A stretch of DNA of 64,000 bases from a virus: IMG/VR virus record IMGVR_UViG_3300042566_000762, positions 42,462-106,461 of that record. One strand, written 5' to 3'. A program made the translations under genes and the position numbers. Of the stretch, positions 1 to 9,500 are shown one piece after another. Positions within the stretch are counted from its first letter, which is position 1. Each line of letters starts with the position of its first letter. Under the pieces are notes generated by a model that made no database searches, was not told the DNA's origin, and saw nothing but the letters and a program-made list of their open reading frames with translations.

Positions 1-1
1 T

Positions 2-490
2 CTTAATTTCTTTATTTTGAATAGAGGAATTAATTATATTTTCTGCAATTGTAAATCTAGAAGATACAACATCGGTTGGGTCAAATGATTCTTCGGATGT
101 AACTGTTTCAAATATCTTATAAATAGATGCAAGAGTTTTATAGTTTGATATTGGAGATTTGATAAACTCATCCAAATTATAAGTTTCTTTAATTTCTTTA
201 ATTAAATTATATTTTTCTTTTGTAAGTTTTTTCTCATCTATTTTTTTACGAGCTTCTAATATTGTATTGATGAATTGTTCAGCTTTACTTTCTGAATTGT
301 ATTTTTCATTAATAAGATATTGGTATAATTTCAATTCTTTTGATAATTCTTTTTTAGAATTAAAATGTTCTTTTAAAATCTTTTCTGCTACTGATTTATT
401 GGCAGACATAATCTCTGATGTGATTTGTCTTACTAATAATTCAAATATAAATCCAGTATTTTTAAACTTCGAATGTTTTATTTTTTTCAT
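2..490 (-). CDS. Hypothetical protein of the head module, 3' truncated by the window edge
   Basis: Not in the ORF track. Manual translation from ATG at 490 gives MKKIKHSKFKNTGFIFELLVRQITSEIMSANKSVAEKILKEHF..., open to the window start. It lies directly downstream of the portal, with an ATATTTAT motif upstream. Confidence 0.8.
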   Translation of the reverse strand, partial: MKKIKHSKFKNTGFIFELLVRQITSEIMSANKSVAEKILKEHFNSKKELSKELKLYQYLINEKYNSESKAEQFINTILEARKKIDEKKLTKEKYNLIKEIKETYNLDEFIKSPISNYKTLASIYKIFETVTSEESFDPTDVVSSRFTIAENIINSSIQNKEIK

Positions 491-512
491 CAATTTGTCT
501 AATTTGTCAGAT

Positions 513-520
513 ATAAATAT
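513..520 (-). promoter_or_regulatory. Putative late promoter motif ATATTTAT
   Basis: Intergenic ATATTTAT on the coding strand; the same motif precedes many structural genes. Confidence 0.55.
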
Positions 521-538
521 ATTTTTTCTATTGGTTTA

Positions 539-2278
539 TTACTCTTTATTGAAATCTTCCGTTAAAATAGTTTTTTTATTACCATTCATATCTTTAAATA
601 TCTCCTGATAATTATTTCTTGGTTTATATTTTACGGAACCTTCTTTTGCTTTAAGTGTCTTAATTCCCAATGGGTCTCTACCTTCTGGATGGTCATCCTT
701 ACCATATCTAACGGGGTCTTTAGGTCTACCCACACCATCTTCTTCTAATTCGGTTTTTAATCTATTCAATTCTTCTTCTACATTTGTAGGGCCCTCTGTT
801 CCAGTTTCTTTTGCCGGGTCCATACCCTGAGTTTCGATAGATGTTAAACGGAATGTTTGTTTAGTATCATCTAATACTTGCAATGTCATTTCATCTTGTT
901 CATCTTTCGCCATTTTCATTACCGCATCATACATCCATTCTTTAGAGAACATCTTTGTTTGTTGCATTTGTTGAATTAGAGCTACCTTAGAGGTGTATAA
1001 CTCAACTTGCTCTTGCTCATAGATTTTAGATGGGATAGTTAATTCTAATGAAAAATTAGTTAATCTATCATCATCGATACCTTGTGCATATAAATGAACA
1101 ATTGCAATTTTAGTTAATTCTGAAATAATTACTCTTTGAACTCTTTCGATTGTTTTTGCAAAACGGATATCCATTGCTGCAAGAGTTGCTTTACCATTTG
1201 TATCTTCTTCATAACCCATATATGCTTTTGGAATCTTCAATGCTGCCATTAACTTACCTTTCAAGTAGTTAATATCATCAATCATATTATATTCCAAACC
1301 TTTTAGAGTATCAATTGAAGTTCCATTATCATTACCACGAACTGGCATATAATAATCTTCAATAAGGTTTTGCATATTGTATTTTAAGTTATACTCACCC
1401 GTTCTTTCATCAACAAAAGGAACTTTTTTAGATGAGTTTATAATTTTTTGCATGTAATTATCCACTTCATTTGGTGGAATATTACCTACATCAATTTTAA
1501 AAATTCTCTTTTCAGGAGCTCTCATTACTCTATGAATTAACATAGCATCTTCCATTAACATTAATTGTTTCCAAACTCTTCTACCACCTTCAATCATTGA
1601 TTTACCATAAGGTAAGAAGTTTGAATCCGAATTTAAACGGAAGTGTGCCATTTCATAGTTTTCAAATTCTTTCTTTGCAGATTGTCCTACTGAATTATAT
1701 GGATTTTGGTATGGAGCGTATACAAACTTAACTCTTTGTGGATTTTCTGGGTCGAATCCTTCTACCCTACTCATTTCATATACCGATAATGGTGCAACAC
1801 CAACGATACCAACTTTGTCTGCCATTTCTAATTGTAAAAAGAAATCACCATATTTAACCAAATTTCTAGCCCATGGCCATAAATTAAATTCAACATTAAG
1901 AATATCGTAAAATAAATTTTCTAATATTTGTTTAATATTGTCATCCTCATGATGGATTTTTAAAACATTACCCATTTCATTTCTAGCAGTACTTTCATCT
2001 GCATAGACATCCAATGCCGATGATAATATCGGGTCCATATCCATAGAATCATAGTCTCTAAATAAATCTATTCTAACTTGTTGATATGCCATTGAAGATT
2101 CAACTTGGCCACTACCATAGTTAGTGACTTTCATTTTCATAAATCTATCAACCAAATTTGTGGTCATATTTTGCCACTCATCGGTATCAACAACTTTTAT
2201 ACCATCTTGCGTTTGACGAACAATTGTATTTGTTGAAAATAATTTTTGTAACCTACTAAATATTGTTTTATCTGCCAT
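539..2278 (-). CDS. Portal protein (T4 gp20-like)
   Basis: 579 aa with gp20-family motifs EDAMLIHRVMRAPEKRIFKIDVGNIP, EDYYMPVRG, IDTLKG, ALKIPK; near the terminase gene. Confidence 0.93.
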   Translation of the reverse strand: MADKTIFSRLQKLFSTNTIVRQTQDGIKVVDTDEWQNMTTNLVDRFMKMKVTNYGSGQVESSMAYQQVRIDLFRDYDSMDMDPILSSALDVYADESTARNEMGNVLKIHHEDDNIKQILENLFYDILNVEFNLWPWARNLVKYGDFFLQLEMADKVGIVGVAPLSVYEMSRVEGFDPENPQRVKFVYAPYQNPYNSVGQSAKKEFENYEMAHFRLNSDSNFLPYGKSMIEGGRRVWKQLMLMEDAMLIHRVMRAPEKRIFKIDVGNIPPNEVDNYMQKIINSSKKVPFVDERTGEYNLKYNMQNLIEDYYMPVRGNDNGTSIDTLKGLEYNMIDDINYLKGKLMAALKIPKAYMGYEEDTNGKATLAAMDIRFAKTIERVQRVIISELTKIAIVHLYAQGIDDDRLTNFSLELTIPSKIYEQEQVELYTSKVALIQQMQQTKMFSKEWMYDAVMKMAKDEQDEMTLQVLDDTKQTFRLTSIETQGMDPAKETGTEGPTNVEEELNRLKTELEEDGVGRPKDPVRYGKDDHPEGRDPLGIKTLKAKEGSVKYKPRNNYQEIFKDMNGNKKTILTEDFNKE

Positions 2279-2299
2279 TTTAATATAATTCTATTTTTC

Positions 2300-2331
2300 T
2301 AAATATATGAAAAATTTTTCAATTTTCCAAA
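2300..2331 (-). promoter_or_regulatory. Bacteroidota sigma70-like promoter TTTG-N20-TATATTTA
   Basis: Minus strand reads TTTGGAAAATTGAAAAATTTTTCATATATTTA upstream of the portal; four other sites have the same 32-bp architecture. Confidence 0.65.
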
Positions 2332-3525
2332 TTACCACTTTCTACAACTCCAATATCTTGCCTTGTGTCTTGGTCCTGGACTATCACAATTATGTCTTGC
2401 TCTAAAAGATTTTCTCGCTTTGGGATTAGACTTTCTTATTCTCATCGTTTTCTCACCTTTGGATGCTGCGGATGTTCCACCATGTCCAAAGTTTACCTTT
2501 ACTACATTACCAGCTGGGTTCTTTACATATACTTTAAATTTCTTAACATCACCTGCCATTGGTTTACCTAACTTAACTTCTCTACCCTGATATTCTGCTT
2601 CTCTTAAACATTGACATCCTTCATTTAAGTTTTTATCATATGCTCTCATAAATGAAATGAAATCCTCCATATCCTCATCTTCTACATCATATTCTTCAGG
2701 TTCAACTAAACCATAATTTACATCATCGTCACTATTAATATCTTCACTTATAGGAACACAATTTGGAACCATTTTACCATTTTTCATTTTACCACCAACT
2801 TGCTTATAACCGTCCCAACAAGCTTCGTTTACTACACCTTCACCGAACATACCTACAAAATCACCTTGATATTTGTTACCAGGTCTGCCCGACATTGCCG
2901 TTGCGAAATCTTTTCTAACTTTTTCTTTTCCTTTAGCTATAAAGTTAAAAAGGTTTTTAGCATTCAAATTAAAATCATCTATAAATTTTTGTACTATACT
3001 ATCACGTGTGCCCGTCAATTTAGCAATTTCTTTTGCTTCTTTGCCCGCCACTTCACTTATTACATTTTCGCTACAAGTTTTCCAACCACCACCTTTTGAT
3101 TTGTAGTTTTTTGCAGCCCATCCATTTGCATAAGCCGATGGATATACATCAAATTTAGATTTTGCAGCTGCTTTACTTGCAGACCACTTACCTGGGTCAG
3201 TTGGACAATTCTTTTCTAAAAATAAATTTAGTTTTTCTTCTATGTTCATAGTTTCATTTTTTGGTTTAGTAGAAACATATATTGGTGTTTTACCTTGTCC
3301 ACTACTATTTTTACCACCTCTTCCTGCATCATTTTGTGCAGCTCTCTTTCTACGAGTTGCACTTTCTTTTTCTTTTTTACTCATTCCGGCTGCTTTTGCC
3401 GCAGGAACACATTTAGCATATCCTTTCTTTTCTCCCGAAGTTCCACATGGTGGGTGCTTGCCATCGACTTTTTTGCCGATGTTTACCCATTTTTCTTTAA
3501 ACCACTTATTCAAATCTTCGTTCAT
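2332..3525 (-). CDS. Modular basic protein, probable internal head protein/polyprotein
   Basis: 397 aa of short Cys/Trp-containing basic modules (KWFKEKWV..PCG..KCVP; YPSAYANGW; CWDGYKQVG..VPNCVP; KKFKVYV..VNFG..SFRARHNC..ARYWSC) joined by xxE linkers; between terminase and portal. Confidence 0.65.
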   Translation of the reverse strand: MNEDLNKWFKEKWVNIGKKVDGKHPPCGTSGEKKGYAKCVPAAKAAGMSKKEKESATRRKRAAQNDAGRGGKNSSGQGKTPIYVSTKPKNETMNIEEKLNLFLEKNCPTDPGKWSASKAAAKSKFDVYPSAYANGWAAKNYKSKGGGWKTCSENVISEVAGKEAKEIAKLTGTRDSIVQKFIDDFNLNAKNLFNFIAKGKEKVRKDFATAMSGRPGNKYQGDFVGMFGEGVVNEACWDGYKQVGGKMKNGKMVPNCVPISEDINSDDDVNYGLVEPEEYDVEDEDMEDFISFMRAYDKNLNEGCQCLREAEYQGREVKLGKPMAGDVKKFKVYVKNPAGNVVKVNFGHGGTSAASKGEKTMRIRKSNPKARKSFRARHNCDSPGPRHKARYWSCRKW

Positions 3526-3543
3526 CTATAATAGTTTCAACAT

Positions 3544-3551
3544 ATAAATAT
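3544..3551 (-). promoter_or_regulatory. Putative late promoter motif ATATTTAT
   Basis: Intergenic motif 18 nt upstream of ATG 3525. Confidence 0.55.
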
Positions 3552-3558
3552 AAAAAAA

Positions 3559-5166
3559 TTACTTTAGTAACCAAGTTAGATTTTCAGTATTTCCTCTAGT
3601 GTCATTCATTTCATATGGATTTGTTTTTAGATGGCCTGTTGAGATTAATCCTTCATATTTGTTTATATGTGCTGAGTTTAACATTTGTTTTGTCAAATCT
3701 ATACCTTCTTGTTTCAATCTCAGTGCAGTATTACGAACCCAAAGTCCAATACCCAACGCCATAATAAGGTCATCATTATATCCTTTCATTGCTTCTGCTC
3801 TACCATTCTGCCAAATGAACGTAAACATTTCATCTATCAATCTACTTGAACGAATTAGAATATCTTTTTCATTCATATATGTGTCTAATGCTGAAATAAT
3901 AAGTGGACGAGTTTTACTGGTCGTTGAAAATCCTGCAACCATTTGTCTTTCGTCTCTATAATATTTGTTTGACATTTGTCTTTCCGTATCAATATATTTC
4001 AAATCATTACTCATATAGAATAAGTTTTGATATCCTCTATTGATAATTTGTTGAATACATGCCCAACCTACATTTGAGTTCTCTACTACTAAAAGTGCGT
4101 TATTATATTCGGTTGCCAATGCAGTTAAAAAGTTTCCAAAATCTTTTGTGTCAATTTTACCTCTATATTCTGCAACTTGGGAACTATCTTCTATATCTAT
4201 AACTTGTGCAGTAGAATAGTCAGCTCCGTCACCACGTGCAACGTCCGCACATACCATATATGCTCTATTGTAATTTGGATGTTCCCATACCCAAAGATTA
4301 TTATCAAATCCTCTTTTTTGTGCAGGTTCCATCACATATGTATCTTTATACCATGTCAATAATGCCGGTTCAAATACCGTATCACCTGAACCAACAAAGT
4401 CACAATCACATTCTTGTGCCGCACCTTTAACTCCTAAGATTTTAGTTTGTTCATCTCTCCATGCCTGATTCCTTTCTGGGTGAACTGTCCAATGTAGATT
4501 GATATTATTAAATCCATTTTGGCCACTTTCTCCGTCTACCCACATTTTATGAAACCAATTACCAATACCATTTGGAGTTGATAATACGATTGCAGCACCA
4601 CCTGTTGATAGAGTCGATTGTGCTGATAACCAAATTTCATCAATATCTCTAATGAATGCAGCTTCATCCACAACTAATAGGGATAAGGCTTCGGAACGAC
4701 CTGCGTCCGGAGAACTTGCGATTGCTTTTACTTGTGAACCATTTTTTAATTTAAGAGAAAGTTTGTTATCTTCTACCGAACTACTACCCCCATCTCTTAA
4801 CCAAATAGGAAGTAAGTCGTGCATAACTCTTACCTTCTCTACCAGATTCTTCGCTACGGTCACTTTTGTTGCGATTACCAATGCATTGAAGTCTTGATTG
4901 AATAACATCTTCCATAAAATATATCCTGCAGATAAGGTCGATAGACCCAACTGGCGGGATTTAAGAATAATGTTAAAACGATTATCTTTAAAGTCTGTTA
5001 AACAATTTTCCTGGAATGGATAAAGGTGAAAGGGTATTTTTCCTCTCACCGGATGTTGAATGACACAATACTTCTTCATAAAGTAAATTGGGTCTAACGC
5101 ACACTTGCGATATTCTTCAGCAATTATCTCTTTTAAGGTTTTCTTAGGTTGCCCCTGAACTCCCAT
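3559..5166 (-). CDS. terL: Terminase large subunit (T4 gp17-like)
   Basis: Walker A KSRQLGLST, Walker B LLVVDEAAF, coupling motif STPNG, RNase H-like nuclease ADVARGDG ... NDDLIMA. Confidence 0.95.
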   Translation of the reverse strand: MGVQGQPKKTLKEIIAEEYRKCALDPIYFMKKYCVIQHPVRGKIPFHLYPFQENCLTDFKDNRFNIILKSRQLGLSTLSAGYILWKMLFNQDFNALVIATKVTVAKNLVEKVRVMHDLLPIWLRDGGSSSVEDNKLSLKLKNGSQVKAIASSPDAGRSEALSLLVVDEAAFIRDIDEIWLSAQSTLSTGGAAIVLSTPNGIGNWFHKMWVDGESGQNGFNNINLHWTVHPERNQAWRDEQTKILGVKGAAQECDCDFVGSGDTVFEPALLTWYKDTYVMEPAQKRGFDNNLWVWEHPNYNRAYMVCADVARGDGADYSTAQVIDIEDSSQVAEYRGKIDTKDFGNFLTALATEYNNALLVVENSNVGWACIQQIINRGYQNLFYMSNDLKYIDTERQMSNKYYRDERQMVAGFSTTSKTRPLIISALDTYMNEKDILIRSSRLIDEMFTFIWQNGRAEAMKGYNDDLIMALGIGLWVRNTALRLKQEGIDLTKQMLNSAHINKYEGLISTGHLKTNPYEMNDTRGNTENLTWLLK

Positions 5167-5813
5167 TATTTTTTGAATTTAATCTTCCAATAAACACCAC
5201 CACCAATATATGGAGATAATGTTCCATTAGTTCCATCAGTTACTCTATTAGCAACACCAACACCAACTTGATAAATTTTGTCTTTTTTGGTTTTTACTAA
5301 CAATCCTGCACCAACATTTGAAACCACATCTGCTTTATTAAATCCACCTGTAAAACCATAATATACTTGTGTTTTAGGTAATTCTTTAACAATCATAGTT
5401 TCTTTAATAGTTCTTTCTTTAACTTTTGCATCAAAGGTTCTACCCCATATTTTATTTTGTGAGATTGTATCTGTTACTGAAACTGTTCCTAATGAATCAG
5501 GTAATACTAACACATCATTATATAATACTTTTGAATAATAATCTTTTAATAAAGCTTGTGTATCTACTACTGCAGGAATTACAACTTCTTTTTCAACGAT
5601 TGTTTCGTGATAGATATCTTCACCTTTTTTAGTTACTACTTTAGTTTTAACTACTTCAAATGTATCGATATCATGTTTAATTACTTCATATTTTTTACCA
5701 TCAATTCTAACGGTTCTTCCTGGCATCTTTCCACCTGGATTAAAATATTCTAATAATACGATTACAACTAATACCGCAATTGCGATGTTTTTTAAATTTA
5801 AGAATTTTTTCAT
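5166..5813 (-). CDS. Membrane-anchored protein with C-terminal beta strands (possible spanin-like lysis protein)
   Basis: N-terminal TM helix IAIAVLVVIVLL; amphipathic Gly-rich beta strands ending GGGVYWKIKFKK. Confidence 0.45.
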   Translation of the reverse strand: MKKFLNLKNIAIAVLVVIVLLEYFNPGGKMPGRTVRIDGKKYEVIKHDIDTFEVVKTKVVTKKGEDIYHETIVEKEVVIPAVVDTQALLKDYYSKVLYNDVLVLPDSLGTVSVTDTISQNKIWGRTFDAKVKERTIKETMIVKELPKTQVYYGFTGGFNKADVVSNVGAGLLVKTKKDKIYQVGVGVANRVTDGTNGTLSPYIGGGVYWKIKFKK

Positions 5814-5817
5814 AATT

Positions 5818-6486
5818 TTAATTTTTAACTAATTCTGAATGATTTAATTCAATCATTTTTTCTTCTAATAATCTTTTTCGTTCTATTAATAATTCAATGG
5901 CCTCATATGCACCATCTATATCTTTTTTTAAATCTTCTTTAACTTTTTCGATATCAACATCCCAAGTCCATGTTTCAATTCTACCATCTTCACCAACCAT
6001 TTCCATTTGTTTTTTGATACCACCTAAAGCTTCTTCATATCTATCTTTTAATTCTCTTACAAATGCCAGTTTATTTCTGGTTATTTTGTAATCTTCATAA
6101 AATGGATATGTTCCATCTTCTTTTAATGACCTTTCTTGTTTATCTAAACAAACAATACATAATCCTGTTTTACGAATTAGTTTTTTATCTGCTGAACTGT
6201 ATTTTTCCGTTTCACAATTGTCATTAGAACAAGTATTTATTTTTTGTAAATATTGTCTAATATCATCCATTTGAGTTACAGCAACTTTAAATCCTTCTTT
6301 TTGTTCCCACTCTTTACCATCTTTGTCAGACCACCTTTCACCCACTTTTCTTTTTTGTTCAACCTCGCCTTCATAACCATGCACTCGTTGTGTGTTGTCC
6401 TCTCTACCAAAAACCGTGTCTATAATGAGTTTACGAGATTTGTGCATCCCCTTTGATTTCTCATCAAAACTTTTTCTTTTTGCCAT
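5818..6486 (-). CDS. Hypothetical protein with putative Zn-binding cysteines
   Basis: 222 aa; CSNDNC and CIVC motifs, coiled-coil C-terminus. Confidence 0.7.
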   Translation of the reverse strand: MAKRKSFDEKSKGMHKSRKLIIDTVFGREDNTQRVHGYEGEVEQKRKVGERWSDKDGKEWEQKEGFKVAVTQMDDIRQYLQKINTCSNDNCETEKYSSADKKLIRKTGLCIVCLDKQERSLKEDGTYPFYEDYKITRNKLAFVRELKDRYEEALGGIKKQMEMVGEDGRIETWTWDVDIEKVKEDLKKDIDGAYEAIELLIERKRLLEEKMIELNHSELVKN

Positions 6487-6533
6487 ACTAATAACTTTTA
6501 AATAACTATTTCTTTATATTATATATATCAAAT

Positions 6534-9500
6534 TTATGCGTAAAAAATACCTAATATCTGATTTAGTGGTGCAAATGTACCAGTTAACTTATATGTTTTA
6601 CCATTATAAAAGAATACTAAACCTTCACTTGCAACTATTTTTTCAATACCACCCAATTGATTTAATCTTTCCAATTCAGTTTTCAATTTTTGTATTTGAG
6701 CTGGATTTCCAGCACTTCTAACTTGGTCTGCTACTGATTTGAATTTTTGTTTCATCGCTCTAATAGCATTTTCAGGGTGAACAGTTAATACACTTCCAAC
6801 AAAATCTAATACATCCGCACCTACACCTAAAAATATTTCTTCAAATGGTCTAATGTTTTCTTTTTGTTGTTTGATTACATTTACTTTATCATTTTCAATT
6901 GCCCACTCTTGCAATTCTTCATTTGAAATTGTGTTTAAACGAAATGTTTTTTCGCCAAACGCCCATCTTCTAATCAACGCTTCTTTAGTAATTTTATCAA
7001 CTTTAGTAGGCGCTTTTGATTCAATCCACCAATCCCACCAACTTTGATGATAATCAGCCACATTGTCCGTATCTTTTAAATGAAATTCCGATTGTAATTT
7101 ATTTAATTTTGATAAATATTTACCTTGTTTAGAACTTAAATTATTATCTTTTGGAATAGAAGTTATGGGAGGGCCTTGAATCGTATATTTTGATTGAACA
7201 TCTGCGTTTACTTGTTTAATCATTCCCGCCAATTTAGATGCCGCTGATTGGTCTGCACCAACTGCTTCACCTTTTTCATTATAACAAGTTGTATTATGAA
7301 ATACTAAAAGTGCTTGGCCATATGGAATAACATTAACCGAATCTGGCCATATTACTTCTAAATTCATAAAGCATTGGCCTTCGTTAAATATTTTCTTTCT
7401 TTGTGCTTCCGATAACCCACTAATTGCTGCTGATAAATCTTTCATTGCAAAGTTGTAAGCATCGGTTAATCCACCTCTACCGGCAAACTTTGATGCAACA
7501 TCTTCGATACCCATTGCGTTTGCACCTGCGTTTGCTAAATTACCTTTATTTCTGGCTGCAATCAATCTACCATTTTTCCAACTAATTGCTAATGCCTGGC
7601 CATCTGTTTTTTCTCTAACAACTCCCAAGTCACCTTCTAATGCAGATTTAATTATATTTTTCAAATCACCAAAAGTCAAATCCATATCATCAAAAGGATG
7701 TGACATGTGTCCGTATGCACCACCCTCCATCAATAATCCCTCTTTAATAAATTCCGTTTCTACATAATCAACATCTGGAAGGTTTTTTATACTATATGTA
7801 ATAGTTCTTTCTTCTGCATCGTCATCACCAAATATTGCATCTGCTTTTGGAAAATCAGTTTGAGTATATCCACCATTTTTATACCAATCTTCACTTTTAT
7901 CGGTATTTAATTTTCTTTTTTTACCTTTTTGAACAAATGAACCATCTGGAACATCTGCGGTATTGGATACCATAACACTACTAACTTCGTTTAAATCGGG
8001 TTCAATATTTAATTCTTTTTCCATTCTGGTAATATCATCATATCCCATATTACGAAGTGCTTTTGCAACTGCCGTTGGGTTGTTATGATTTGGATTACCA
8101 AATAAAAATGCATTAATTCTTTTTCTGAATTTTGCATCTCTGTAAAGTTGAATTATGTTTTTGAAATGAATATCTTTATTACCCATTTCATATATATTTT
8201 GTCCTTTTTGTCCTAAACGAAATGTGGTTGCCTTTTTACCATTTATAGTTGGCATTCCGTGGTCATCTTTACCAATATCTTTAACAACAACTTTTTTGTT
8301 TTTGAATTTACCCATTAAAACCTCATCACCCTTATCAACATCTATATTAATATCTTCATTATAGATTTGTTTATTTATCTTACCATAATTTCTCATTAAA
8401 ATACCGGCTACTGCATGTGCTTGATTTTCAATTGGAGAACCAGTTGCACCATCTTTAACTTCATCTTTTACTAATCCCAATTCATCTTGTTTTCTATGAA
8501 CCATTTCGTGTGCAAGAGTTCTAAGTATGTCTGCAGTTAATCTACCTTCTATTGCAACATATATTTCTTTAGACATTGGATTATACCCACCTAAAGAGGT
8601 TTTTGCTTCTGAATATTCTCTACCACTTAGTAAAGTTATTTTTGGAGTTTCTTTTAACTTTAATTTTTTAGTTGCATATTCTACAAAATGTTGAATTGAA
8701 TTTTGTTTTGTTTCTGAAATATTTTCGTTTAATCCTTTTGTAAGATTTTGTAATTTTGAAATTTCCTTTTGTTTTTTATAAGATTCCAATGTTTTTAATA
8801 ATTGTTGAGGATTTGGTTCAAATGTTTCCATTTTTTTAACAACGTCTGCAACTAATTTTATAAACATATCACCATTTGCTTTTGTTTCATTTACTTCTTC
8901 CGCCAATCCCATTCCTTTAAGTGCCATATGTCCCAATCCAAAAAGGCCTGCACCTACTTGTGCTTCGATGTGGCCCTCACCCGCTGCCAATCCTAATGCT
9001 TCTAATCCACAATGTTTTCCAAAATCAATTGCTGCATGTGCTGCAAATCCTCCCACACTTGATACGGAATGTGATGCACCTTGACTTGCGGCTTGTATTA
9101 CTCCACCAATACCCTTTCCTGCCGCAGCTGCACCGGTTGCTCCTGCGATTGCTGCACCGACAACAACCGATGCTCCTATTACCGCTACATCTTTAAGAGT
9201 TGAAATACATGCTTTTCTTTGTCTTTTTTCCTCATGCTCACTATGTTTATATTGACCATCTTTATCTTTAAACCAACCAAATTTAGGTTTTCCTGTATAC
9301 ATAGTTGATAATGCCAAAGATTTTAAACCTCTACCGGTATTTTTTAATTGATGGTATTTTTCTTTTACAACTTCGTATACTTTTTCAGCTATATTTTTTG
9401 GAAGATTTGAAATAAAATCACCAATTTTTTGAGACCAATTTTTTCTTGTTTCAGAATGTGGGTTGGTTGTTTCATGAACATCATGTTGTTCTTCTTCCGT

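Noticed and set aside
539-5166. Inteins or introns in portal or terminase
   Set aside because: Lengths are normal, motifs are contiguous, and no splicing or homing-endonuclease signatures were seen
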